DNA of 64,000 nt, taken from Squalus acanthias (taxonomy: Eukaryota). The position numbers and the translations under genes are program-made. Positions 8,234 through 20,358 of the stretch are shown here, one piece after another. The stretch lies in assembly GCA_030390025.1 (NCBI GenBank), contig CM059432.1:77502001-77566000 (forward strand), in the 5' to 3' direction. Every line of letters begins with the position of its first letter. Position 1 is the first letter of the stretch. A model generated the notes under the pieces. The model was given only the letters and a program-made list of their open reading frames with translations, was not told the DNA's origin and did not search any database.

Positions 8234-9775
8234 TGGGAACACTAGACACACCTGTGAGTGGTTCGAATCACTCGCCCTTACGGTTCTAGACACTGGACTT
8301 AGATGCGAGAGCAGTAATGGAGATGAAACTCATGTAGACTCGGTTGAATGGTACGAAATGGAAAATCTTTATTGCATGATACTTAAGATTATGAAATACA
8401 TGTCATAAGCACAGATTAATGACAGTACAATCTTACAAGCAGTTATATAGTCGATCTTAGGGAAACGAGGAACGAACGGCACATAGTAAATAGGGGCACA
8501 CATTACAAATATCCTTAATCCTTAAACCCTCCCCTATCAATATCTATCCTAACTAGATTCGTAGGATTTCGAGACTCATGCTCACCACTCGTGATAACTC
8601 GGAGAAATTCCGAATAGCTGATCGGATGTTTTTCACCGCAGCACCCACGTGTCGGTCAGGAGATCTCCTGGTCCCACTTGTTTACTTGCTTCTGCTGCTC
8701 CGGCTAGCAGGCTGGACCGTCTGCTGTGATGAAGACCTGTGTTGGTTGGTTTAACAGGTACTTTCCGAGCACAGTTGTCAATATCATCGATGTGATATGT
8801 TCTTTGCAAGTTCGAAGAAGTCTTCCTGGCAAGGAAAACTTGGCTATTCGACCTACAGGCGCGGTCGGGATTTACTGACCGTGGCGATGGATATGGTCTT
8901 CCTCTCTTCTCATCTCATCTCATCTCATCTCATCTCGGGCCTTTGGTTCCGCTGCCAGTTACCAACATAGGTCTTCGTTACGCGACACGAGGTAGATCCG
9001 AATGGATCAGAAAGTTCAACAGTCTTTTTCAAAAAGGCAACAGGCAAGCAGGAGCCCGACTACGAGTACACAGGAGCAGCCACGAGGTTACGAAATAAGA
9101 TAAGAGCACAGGAGCAGCCACGATGATAAGAGTCGATCGGATAAGAGAAAGATGGACGGTTTGGAGCCTGCAATTATAGTGCAAAATCTTCCGTTTCCCG
9201 CCCAACCTTAATGTCCATTCTTTTGTTTAGGGTCTGGCGCTCAAATGTCTTGTATGGGTGATCTCCGTTCTTAATGGGTTCGGGGCTACTCGTAAATGTC
9301 TGAGTACCTGTTAATATTCTCCCATTGTTAAATCGGTCGGTGTTCTCCCTGGAGGGGTTGTGGGGCTTCCAAGTGTTTTGTATAACTACCTGCTAACGGC
9401 TCTCTCATCGTAGAGTCGTTGGGATTTTACATATTAATGTCTTTTGGATGGGCCCTTGATTACTCGGTACAATGGCTTTCATTTGTACCTGGGAGACCGA
9501 TTTCAGTATTTATGTGTATACTGCAAACCCATAATGTCTCGTGTATTATCTTCACTGTGCTGAATCTTAATCGATCTTGCACAAATGCTTATTGGAACGC
9601 CATCTTGTCTGCCTGTTGAAAAGTCTAGAATGTTCTGTCACGAGGTGCGGCGGCCATTTTACAGGCTGCTTGTGTCCACTTTAAACCTGGCAGCATTCTG
9701 CTGAAATAAAAGCTGTTTGAACGAAACTCTGTTTTCTCCTTATTAATAAAATCGCGATATATTGCGAATTCTACA
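8234..9775 (-). repeat. 5' LTR of the element (U5 end uncertain)
   Basis: Identity to the first copy ends exactly at ...GAATTCTACA (9775), followed by CR1 sequence. Confidence 0.75.
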
Positions 9776-10625
9776 CCTTATATCTGTGTCCTCTGGTTGC
9801 CGACCCTTCTGCCACTAGAAACAGTCTCTCCTTATTTACTTTATCAAACCCATTCATGATTTTGAACACCTCTATCAAATTTCCTATTAACCTTCTCTGC
9901 TCTAAGGAGAACAATCCCAGCTGCTCCAGACCCTCCACATAACTGAAGTCTCTCATCATTGGTACAATTCTAGTAAATCACTTCTGTGCCCTCTTCAAGG
10001 CCTTGAAATCTTTCCTAAAGTGTGGTGCTCAGAATTGAACACAATATTCCAGCTGAGGTCTAACCAGTGTTTTATAAAGGCTTTGCATAACTTCCTTGCT
10101 TTTGTTCTCTATTGCTCTATTAATAAAGCCAAGGATCCCATATTCCTTTTTAACAGGCTTCTCAACTTGTCTTTCCATCTTCAATGATTTGTGTACATAC
10201 ATTCCCAGGTCTCTCTGTTCCTGCACCCCCTTTAATATTATACCATTTATTTTCTATTGCTTCTCCTCATTCTTCTCCCAAAATGTATCACTTCACACTT
10301 CTCTGTGTTAAATTTCATCTGCCATGTGTCTTCCCATTTCACCAGTCTGTCTATGTCCTCCTGAAATCTGGTAGTACCCTACTCATTGTTTACTACATTT
10401 CCGAGTTTCGTGTCATCTGCAAACATTGAAATTATGATCTGTATGCCCAAGTCTAGATCATTAATATATATCAAAAAGAGCAGTGATCCTAATACTGACC
10501 CCTGCGGAACACCACTAGATACCTCCCTCCTGTCTGACAAACAACTGTTCACCACTACTCTGCTTTCAGTCCCTTAGCCAATTTTGTATTTGTGCTGCCA
10601 CTGACCATTTAATCCCATGGGCTTT
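9776..10625 (-). mobile_element. CR1 LINE ORF2 3' fragment, degenerate (insertion target of the LTR element)
   Basis: Peptides LVRPQLEYCVQF, LGLFSLEQRRL, TRGHRYKV. Confidence 0.88.
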
Positions 10626-10667
10626 ATATGAGTGTAATGTCCAATTTAGGTTCCCATGTTTACAACA

Positions 10668-11722
10668 GTAACAACAACCTGCATTTATATAGCACCTTTA
10701 ATGTAGTAAAACATCCCAAGGCACTTCACATGAGCGATTACCAACCAAATTTTGACACTGAACCACATAAGGAGATAGTAGGATAGGTGAGGTAGGTTTT
10801 AAGGCGTGTCTTAAAGGATGAGAGAGAGGTAGAGAGACAAAAATGTTTGGGAATGGAATTCCAGAGCTGAGGGCCTAGGCAGGTGAAGGCACGGCCGCCA
10901 ATGGTGGAGTGAAGAAAATCAGGGCTGCTCAAGGCCAGAATTGGAGGAGCACAGAGTTCTCGGAGGGTTTTAAGGCTGGAGGAGGTTGCAGAGATAGAGA
11001 TATGGGTTTCAGCAGCAGATGAGCTGAGGCAGGGGTGGAGATGGACAACGTTACAGAGGTAGAAGTAGGAGGTCTTGGTGATGGAGAGGATATGGGGTCC
11101 GAAGCTCAACTCAGGGTCAAATAGGACACCACGTTTGCAAACAGTCTGGTTCATCCTCAGACAGCGGCCAGGGAGAGGGATGAAGTTGGTGGCTAGGGAA
11201 CGGAGCTTGTGCTGGGACCAAAGACAATAGCTTCGTAGTTCCCAATATTTAATTGGAGGAGATTTCTACTCATCCTATACTGGAAGTCTGATAAGCTGTG
11301 TGACAAATCAGAAATGAGAAGTCGCACAACACCAGGTTATAGTCCAACAGATTTATTTAAAATTACAAGCTTTCGGAGCTATCGCCCCTTCTTCAGGTAC
11401 AGTTACAATGAGTGAATCTACAAAAGTTCACAGAATATAAACACAGAAAATGCAGAGATACAATCTTTCCTTACACTCTGCATTTTCTGTGTTTATATTC
11501 ACTTGTAGATTCACTTATTGTAACTGTACCTGAAGAAGGGGCGATAGCTCCGAAAGCTTGTAATTTTAAATAAATCTGTTGGACTATAACCTGGTGTTGT
11601 GCGACTTCTCATTTTTGTCCACCCCAGTCCAACGCCGGCATCTCCGCATCATGACAAATCAGAGGCAGTGGAGGGGTCAAGAGAGGTGGGGTTGAGGTGG
11701 AGCTGGGTGTCGTCAGCATACA
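10668..11722 (-). mobile_element. L2-like LINE 3' fragment interrupted at 11313-11651
   Basis: GVLFDPELSF..HI..ITKT and IGGRAF..GPQLWNS peptides; GCTATATAAATGCAGGTTGTTGTT tail. Confidence 0.75.
11313..11651. mobile_element. Palindromic Penelope-derived insertion with 12-bp target duplication
   Basis: Arms 11312-11457 and 11477-11614 are inverted copies; TGACAAATCAGA at 11301-11312 and 11652-11663; hammerhead-like core in each arm. Confidence 0.7.
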
Positions 11723-11771
11723 GCGTATTTACAAAGACCTACAGAGACAATGGCAAAGATTCAAACATAGA

Positions 11772-12660
11772 GGGGGAGAAATTCAGTATCGCCCCATTTG
11801 GGGCGCAATTATCGGCCGGGCGCAAAGATTAGCGCCTGGCACTAATTATCGCCACCGACTGCAAACTTGACTTTTATCGCCCCTGGAGGTGATTGGAGCG
11901 CTAAATCAGGCGCTTCACACCTGTCTTAAGGCGCAAAGGCCGAGGAGCGAGGCGCTACCTCAGAGCGCTGGCGAAGCTCATGTGATGTCAGTCAGCAATG
12001 GAACACACACACAATGGCGCAGGCCAGTTCTTAAAGGGAGGGTTGATCTTGCTTTCCATCCACATCCTGCTCATTGCAGCCTTGATTCTCGGCCTGGAGA
12101 TACCTGCACATCAAATCTGCTGGAAAGAACAATGGAGAGTACCAGGGAAAGAGCTCAGAGTGCAGCCCCCAGAGTCTCTTCTAAATCGATACAAGGAAGG
12201 GCAAATCAAAATGAACCTGCAAAGTGCTGCTCAGTACCCAAAACTCCTTCACACAGCATTGAATCTCTCCAGAAGTCTCTCTCTCTCTCTCAGAATGCGT
12301 GGTTCAAAAATGTCACCAACAATAAAAGGCAGGAAGCGGTCGCCTTTAAATAGCGCTCCCCCAGTCCCTTCCTGACTGCAAAACGCTCCCCTCAACCTGT
12401 CGTTGCTAGTGGCAGGTGGTAAGGCAGGGGGTGCCACTCAATATCCGCTCCGGGGCGATACCGGGGCGTTGCGCACTCGACTGACGTCACGATCTGCCGG
12501 CGCAGGAGATCGTGGCGGTAGTGTTTAGCGCTGCCGCAAAATGTCGTTAATTTCGCGAGCGGCGCAAACATCGCCGCGCCCGGGGCGCTAGTTGCTTTGC
12601 GCCCCATTAGCGCCCTCTTAAGGCGCTAACGGGAGGCGCAACCAACTGAATTTTTCCCAC
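11772..12660. mobile_element. Non-autonomous PIF/Harbinger-type element (MITE), copy 1
   Basis: TIR GGGGGAGAAATTCAG/CTGAATTTTTCCCAC; closely similar copy at 32366-33257. Confidence 0.8.
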
Positions 12661-14243
12661 TGAGAATCTAGGTGGTTTCAGACGTAGAGCATCAAACAAG
12701 AGAGGCTATGGAAATTAGATCTGATCTTATGGAGTGAACAGAAGGATATGAACTACTTTTTTTAAGAAAGCAGGAAATTGATCAACTGGATGCAAAAATT
12801 TCATTTGAGTGAAACTAAGATAGAAGAACATGCACATATGTGCTGTTTTCCATTGTGCTAAACTTACCCTATTTATACCAAGGGATAAGTTCAGCGTCAA
12901 TAGAGCAAATGCGTATGCTCAAGAGTTGTATATTTGCAGTAATTAGAAAATAAGTTGGTTACTTTATCCCTCTGTTGGGACCTACCCAGACAAAGGTCAG
13001 TACAGACCATCAAAGTGAAAAGTGCAGTTGCAGTGGTTGGAGGATGGCAGCCATTAGAGATGGCAACAGGAAGGGGCAGTAAGCCTTCTGCCAGAGGACT
13101 AGTTTTGACAACACTGCCACAGTGTTATTTATCTTGGAGACACAGCTGGGAAGTCTCAGAAGTAAGTAAGCAATGCTGCCACCTACCTTGGAGACTAACG
13201 CCCTGAATTCCCACAGGGTTCTCCTGATAATGGAAAAAGTGTGATGTAAATATGTGTGACTGAAAAATATTACAGGAGTAAGTGCAACACTTACAGGAAG
13301 TGCTCACATATGTGACTTTTAATACATTATAGATGAAATAAAGTTTTGCCCTTTGGTACAATTACATAGCAAGATTCAGTGATCTTTCTCAGTCATATGT
13401 CCTAGTCCGTACCTTCCACTCTCTGACTCCGATTACTGCCCTCAGTTCCTCCATTGGAAGCTGATGTTTCAGCCACTGTGCCCCTTTGGTCTTTGCTGTT
13501 TAGGATTCTGTCCCAAAACAACTGCAACTTGTACCTCTTTCCCTTCAAAATCCTTCTAAAAATCTATCTCTTCAACTGTACCTTCAATCCCCCACCCTTT
13601 AATCCCTCCTGTCTCCTGCTCTGTATTCTCATCTCCACCATTTTTCTGTGAATAAATAAATTCATGTTGTTGTTGAAATTAGTTAATTATAAAGTACTCA
13701 TGTTCAACTGTTACATTCTGTATTTTAAGAGATTAACAATAATGAAAATGCTACAGATGAATCTTTAATGCATTTACTTAAAATAATTTCATTCAAACAT
13801 GAAGAATTAGTGGAGTACCTTGTATGATAATGTGTTTAATTGTGATAATTAGTACTAATTATAAGGGCAGTTTTATGCTGTGAATTGAGACTGATTAACT
13901 AAAAGGCCATCATCCCATCTGCCTGAGCTGAACTTAGACCCATATCCCAGAAGTGAAAGGCCAAAGTTCACACTGTACCAGTCCTTTCTGATGCCATGTA
14001 AACAACTGACCAAGTCTGTCTTTCAGGCCCAGCTCTTGTACGCTGTCAGCAGGAGACACAGAGTGAACACATGTCAGAAATCCAGTCCACCTGTGCCACT
14101 CAATTCTTCAGTCTGAGCTCCAGTACAACTTAATGTGATATTCAGAATTCAGTCACAAGGAGCAACTCCCCATTTGTTTAAATGTGTCTTTTGTGTTCAG
14201 TCGGTGATACAGTAGATTTGGAGCTAGAAGGCATTAGAGTTTA

Positions 14244-15012
14244 TTGGGCCAGAAATTCGGCTTTCCGGCTTCCTGCGGGTGCAAGCATCGTGCGCATACT
14301 TGCCTACCGCGCCTGCAGTTGTGCTTTGGGCCCACGAGGACTTCGGGTCCTGGGCCTCCTGCAGCTGCCGGCGCACAGTGCTTGCGTATCCCAGGGGCGC
14401 AGTTAGTTCGAAGCGTCCCCTGGGATCACGTGGGCCATGGAGAGCCAATCGAGCAGGGCATTTTCATTCATAGATTTGACAGGAAGACCTGTCAAATCTA
14501 TGAATAGAGATCGGCCCCAAAACCACACTTAAACTTCAAATAATTTTTTTAAAAAACATCACATTTTTAAAATAGCTATAAGTTACATAAATTAACTACT
14601 TTAAACAAAAATTTAAATTTTTGAAAAAATTAATTATACTTTTTAACGGTGCTAAAAATAAACTTACCTTTCTTTAAAGTATCTAAAAAAGATAAACCTG
14701 TTGAAAAAATGTTTAAATTGTAATTAATTAACCACTTACCTTGTTAAAAACAGGCCTTGCGCCTCCTTTTTAAAAGTGCAGCTTCTCCATACTTACCTTC
14801 CCGGAGAAACCTGAAAAAAAAAAACGAAGTTCGCTGCGTGCACGCAGCCTCTCCCGCGCACGTGTTCGACTTCTGAACCCCTCCCTTCAGGGGAATGGAA
14901 GTTCCGGTTTCCCGCGCATGCGCAGTGCATGCAGGTAACCGGCACTTCAGGTGGCCTTACGGGTGAGTACACAGCGCGTACTCACCCGACAAGAGCCGAA
15001 TTTCTGGCCCAA
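14244..15012. mobile_element. MITE with AT-rich core
   Basis: TIR TTGGGCCAGAAATTCGGC/GCCGAATTTCTGGCCCAA flanked by TA; related copy at 34135-34879. Confidence 0.78.
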
Positions 15013-16799
15013 TAGATATAGGGGGGGGTTTCACCCAACACTTTCGGTGCTAAAGAGCCTCCGAGGTGGCCAAGTTGGGGTCTTAAACTGCTACGCCGCT
15101 TTAGCCCACCGTTAGCACAAGACGCCATCTTGGTAAAGGAGTTGAAGCACGTGTTAGGAACGGCCACCCTGAGGATCGTTAAGGGGCTGATTGACAATTA
15201 AATTACCTGCTAGCACTCATTAAAGAGGCTGCACACTATTTTGTTGGTTAACGCTTCATTTAAAGACCTCTCCTAACAGCGAGCAGCTGAACAGGAGTAA
15301 ACAAGTCGTTGCTGAGGATTTCAAGTGCTACTTGTAGCCATAGAATCATAGAAACTTACAGCACAGAAGGAGGCCATTCGGCCCATCTTGTCCGTGCCAG
15401 CTGACAAAGAGCTACCCACCCTAATCCCACTTTCCAGCTCTTGGTCCATAGCCTTGTAGGTTACGGCACTTCAAGTGCATATCCAAGTGCTTTTTAAATG
15501 TGATGAGGGTCTCTGCCTCTACCACCCTTTCAGGCAGTGAGTTCCAGACCCCACCACCCTCTGGGTGAAAAAATTTCTCCTCAAATTCCCTCTAAACCTC
15601 CGACCAATTACTTTAAATCTATGCCCCCTGGTTATTGACCCTTCTGCTAAGGGAAATAGGTCCTTCCTATCCACTTTATCTAGGCCCCTCATAATTTTAT
15701 ACACCTCAATTAGGTCTCCCTTCAGCCTCCTCTGTTCCAAAGAAAACAACCCCAACCTATCCAATCTTTCCTTACAGCTAAAATTTCCCAGCCCAGTCAA
15801 CATCATAAATCTCCTCTGCACCCTCTCTAGTGCAATCACATCCTTCTTGTAATGTGGTGACCAGAACTGGACGCAGTATTCTAGCTGTGGCCCAACTAGT
15901 GTTTTATACAGTTCAAGCATAACCTCCCTGCTCTTATATTCTATGCCTCGGCTAATGAAGGCAAGTATGCCTTCTTAACCACCTTATCCACCTGTCCTAC
16001 TACCTTCAGGGATCTGTGGACATGCACTCCAAGGTCCCTCTGATCTTCTGCACTTCTTAGTATCCTACCATTTAGCGTGTATTCCCTTGCCTTGTTAGCC
16101 CCTCCCCAAATGCATTACCTCACACTTCTCCAGGTTGAATTCCATTTGCCACTGTTCTGCCCACCTGACCAGTCCATTGATATCCTCCTGCAGTCTGCAG
16201 CTTTCTTCTTCATTATCAACCACACAGCCAATTTTTGTATCATCTGCAAGCTTCTTAATCATACTTCCTGCATTCAAGTCCAAATCATTGATATATACCA
16301 CAAAAAGCAAAGGACCCAGTATTGAGCCCTGCGGAACCACACTGGAAACAGCCTTCCAGTCACAAAAACACCCTTCGACCATTACCCTTTGCTTCCTGCC
16401 TCTAAGCTAATTTTGGATCCAACTTGCCACTTTGCCTTGGATCCCATGGGCTTTTACTTTCGTGACCAGTCTGCCATGCGGGACCTTATCAAAAGCCTTG
16501 CTAAAATCCATAGACACTACATCAAATGCACTACCTTCATCGACCATCTGGTTACCTCCTCAAAAAATTCAATCAAGTTAGTCAGACACGACCTTCCCAT
16601 AACATATCCATGCTGACTGTCCCTGATTAATCTGTGTCTTTCTAAATGAAGATTTATCCTGTCCCTCAGAACTTTTTCCAATAATTTTCCCACCACCGAG
16701 GTTAGGCTGACTGGCCTGTAATTACTCGGTCTAACCCTTTCTCCCTTTTTAAACAATGGTACCACGTTAGCAGTCCTCTGGCACCACACCTGTACAAAA

Positions 16800-17126
16800 T
16801 TGAGAGGTCGCACAACACCAGGTTATAGTCCAACAGTTTTATTTGAAATCACAAGCTTTCGGAACTATCGCTCCTTCCTCAGGTGAAGTAAATTGGATAC
16901 AGAATCGTCAGAGCATATATAGATGGAAAAAAAAGCATGTGTACTTTACAATTGCAGACCAATAAATTAAATCATCCTGATTATCTGCCGAGGTGTGATA
17001 AAGTTAATTAAGTCAGCCAGGAAGGTACCACATCAAAAGACATAGCAAGATACAACTGAGACAATGAGGAGTCTGCGACTTCACCTCATTGTCTCAGTTG
17101 TATCTTGCTATGTCTTTTGATGTGGT
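16800..17126 (-). mobile_element. Penelope-type terminus with hammerhead motif and 43-bp inverted repeat
   Basis: 16803-16886 is homologous to the arm at 11315-11398; perfect IR 17027-17069/17084-17126. Confidence 0.62.
16849..16886 (-). ncRNA. Minimal type I hammerhead ribozyme
   Basis: TCAC-CTGAGGA-AGGAGC GATA GTTCC-GAAA-GCTT-GTGA: conserved core, helix I TCAC/GTGA, helix II, palindromic helix III. Confidence 0.62.
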
Positions 17127-17266
17127 CATGAAAGGCACTATATAAAATGTAAGTCTTTCTTTCTTTCTTTCTCTCTTGTTGGGCTTGCTATGTACTGGCT
17201 AAAAATGTTCTCCTGAATGCATTTTAAGAATTCTGCTCCCTCTATGGCTTTCACATTAATTTTATC

Positions 17267-19295
17267 TCAATACCATATTCCCGCTCTCTCCCCATACCTC
17301 TTGATGCCTTTTGTGTCTAGAAATCTATCTATCTCCTTCTTAAATATATTCAGTGACTTGGCCTCCACAGCCTTCTGTGGTAGAGAATTCCACAGGTTCA
17401 CCACCCTCTGAGTGAAGAAATTTCTCCTCATCTCAGTCCTAAATGTCCTACCCCGTATCCTCAGACTGTGACCCCTCGTTCCAGACCCCCCAGCCAGGGA
17501 AAACATCCTCCCTGCATCCAGTCTATCTAGCCCTGTCAGAATTTTATACGTTTCAATGAGATCCCCTCTCATTCTTCTAAACTCGAGTGAATACAGGCCT
17601 AGTTGACCCAATCTCTCCTCATACGACAGTCCTGCCATCCCAGGAATCAGTCTGGTGAACCTTCGCTGCACTCCCTTTATGGCAAGTATATCCTTTCTTA
17701 GGTAAGGAGACCAAAACTGCACACAGTACTTCAGGTGTGGTCTCACCAAGGCTCTGTACAACTGTAGTAAGACATCCTTGCTCCTGTACTCAAATCCTCT
17801 TGCAATGAAGGCCAACATACCATTTGCCTTCCTAACTGCTTGCTGCACCTGCATGTTTGCTTTCAGTGACTGGTGTACAAGGACACCCAGGTCCCTTTGT
17901 ACATCAGCATTTCCCAATCTAGCACCATTTAAATAATACTCTACCTTTCTGTTTTTCCTACCGAAGTGGATAACTTCACATTTATCCACGTTATACTGCA
18001 TCTGCCATGTATTTGCCCACTCACTCAACTTGTCTAAATCGCCTTGAAGCCTCTTTGCATCCTCCTCACAACTCACAATCCCACCTAGTTTTGTGTCATC
18101 AGCAAACTTGGAAATATTTCATTTGGTTCCCTCATCCAAATCATTGATATATATATTGTGAATAGCTGGGGCCCAAGCACTGATCCCTGCGTTACCAGAC
18201 TACTCACCGCCTGCCACCCCGAAAAAGACCCATTTATTCCTACTCTCTGTTTCCTGTCTGTTAACCAATTTTCAATCCATGCCAGTATGTTACCCCCAAT
18301 CCCATGTGCTTTAATTTTGCAGACTAACCTCTTATGTGGGACGTTATCAAAGGCCTTCTGAAAATCAAATACACCACATCCACTGGTTCTCCCTTATCTA
18401 TTCTACCAGTTACATCCTCAAAAAACTCCAGTAGGTTTGTCAAACACGATTTCCCTTTCATAAATCCATGTTGACTTTGTCTAATCCCATTGATATTTTC
18501 TAAGTGTCCTGTTATCACATCCTTTATAATAGACTCAAGCATTTTCCCTACTACTGATGTTAGGCTAACCGGTCTGTAGTTCCTTGTTTTCTCTCTCCCT
18601 CCTTTTTTAAATAGTGGGGTTACATTTGCCACCCTCCAATCTGCAGGAACTGTTCCATCAGCTATAGAATTTTGGAAGATGACAACCAATGCATCCATTA
18701 TTTCCATGGCTACCTCTTTTAGTACTCTGGGATGCAGATTATCAGGCCCTGGGGATTTATCAGCTTTCAGTCCCATTAATTTCTCCAGCACTATTTTTTT
18801 ACTAATACTAATTTCCTTTAATTCCTCCTTCTCACTAGACCCTTGGTTCCCTAGCATTTCTGGGAAGTTATTTGTGTCCTCTTCCGTGAAGACAGAACCA
18901 AAGTATTTGTTTAATTGCTCAGCCATTTCCTTGTTCCCCATTATAAATTCTCCCATTTCTGACTGTAAGGGACCTACATTTGCCTTCACTAATCTTTTTC
19001 TTTTTACATACTTGTAGAAGCTTTTACAATCCGCTTTTATGTTCTTTGCAAGTTTACTCTCATACTCTATTTTTCCCTCTTAATCAATCTCTTGGTCCTT
19101 TTTTGCTGAATTCTAAACTGCTCCCAATCCTCAGGCTTGCTACTTTTTCTGGCAACTTTATATGACTCCTCTTTGGATCTACTACTATCCTTAATTTATT
19201 TTTTTAGCCATGGTTGGGCCGCTTTTCCTTTTGTGTTTTTGCGCCAGAAAGGAATGTATAACTGTTGTAATTCATGCATTCGTTCTTTAAATGTT
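17267..19295 (-). mobile_element. CR1 LINE ORF2 (RT region), young subfamily, frameshifted
   Basis: ORFs 18324-18989 (NYRPVSLTSVVGK, QHGF) and 17267-18076; close copy at 38311-39220. Confidence 0.9.
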
Positions 19296-20358
19296 GTTGG
19301 TACCGATGTGGACCACGACCTCTGCCTGTTCACCTTCACCCCTCAGAATGTCCTGCAGCCGTTCAGTGACATCCTTGACCCTGGCACCAGGGAGGCACCA
19401 GGGAGGCAACATACCATCCTCGAGTCACGTCTGCATCCACAGAAACGCCTATCTGTTCCCCTGACCAATGAATCCCCTATCACTATTTCTCTTCCACTCT
19501 TCTTCCTCCCCACCTGTGCAGCTGAGCCATCCATGGTGCCGTGGACTTGGCTCTGGCTGCACTCCCCAGAGGAACCATCGCCCTCACCAGTATCCAGAAC
19601 TGAATACTGGTTAGCGAGTGAGATGCACTCAGGGGACTCCTGCACTACCTGCCTGATCCTCCTCTTCTGTCTGGTGGTCACCCATTCCCTCCCTGCCTGC
19701 ATACTCTTAAGCTGCAGGATGACCACCTCCTGAAACGTGCTATCCACGCAACTCTCAGCTTCGTGAATGCACTGCAGTGACTCCAGCCGCCGCTCAAGCT
19801 CCGAACCCCGGAGCTCAAGCTGCTGTAGCTGGCGACAGTTCCCGCACACGTGGTCGTCCAGGCCACGAGAAGCGTCCAGAATTTCCCACATGGCACAGGA
19901 TGCGCAGTTCACGGGACTGAGCTGCCCTGCCATGCCTCTATATAATATACTATGAACTACCTTAACAGAAATAAACTTAAAAACTTAACAGAAAATATCC
20001 ACCAGCTACTCACCAATCAGCTCCCTTGTGCAGACGTCACTTCTGAATTCTGATGTCACTCCTGTGTTGAGTTCCTCTCGCCGACTCTGCCTCTCGCAGG
20101 TCCGCCGCTCAACTCAGCCATGCTCAGCTTTCACTGTTCACTTGCTGATTGAGATCGACTGACTACACTGTGTTTGAACAGGACTTTTGATACACATCAG
20201 GAGACTTTTTGGGACACTTTGTCAAGACTTCACCAACGCCCTAGCAACATTTTTCCTGGATATTCTCTCAGAACTTCACCTAACAAGAGTGAGTGCGGTC
20301 CTTCCCTACCTTATTGGACACCTTATAGGAGTCACCAGGAGAAAAGGAGTTCTTGGTC

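Larger units (their letters stand above)
1..9775 (-). mobile_element. Tandem pol-less LTR retroelement / endogenous retrovirus (LTR-gag-ORFX-env-LTR-gag..., runs off the left edge)
   Basis: 1-2090 is repeated at 7685-9775. Both copies begin TGTAGAATTCG on the minus strand; the internal one is preceded by a purine tract. Three uninterrupted minus-strand ORFs, no RT/IN motifs seen. Confidence 0.9.
15342..20115 (-). mobile_element. Composite CR1 LINE: 3' ORF2 15342-16790, endonuclease scrap ~17180-17266, ORF1/5'UTR 19296-20115, with internal insertions
   Basis: RT peptides; ORF1 IVIGDSLVRGTDRRFCG; AGCCAT at 15336-15341 and 20116-20121 as candidate TSD. Confidence 0.75.

Noticed and set aside
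11889..12375. ORFs of 125-154 aa in the MITE
   Set aside because: Lengths and frames are not conserved in the second copy at 32366-33257.
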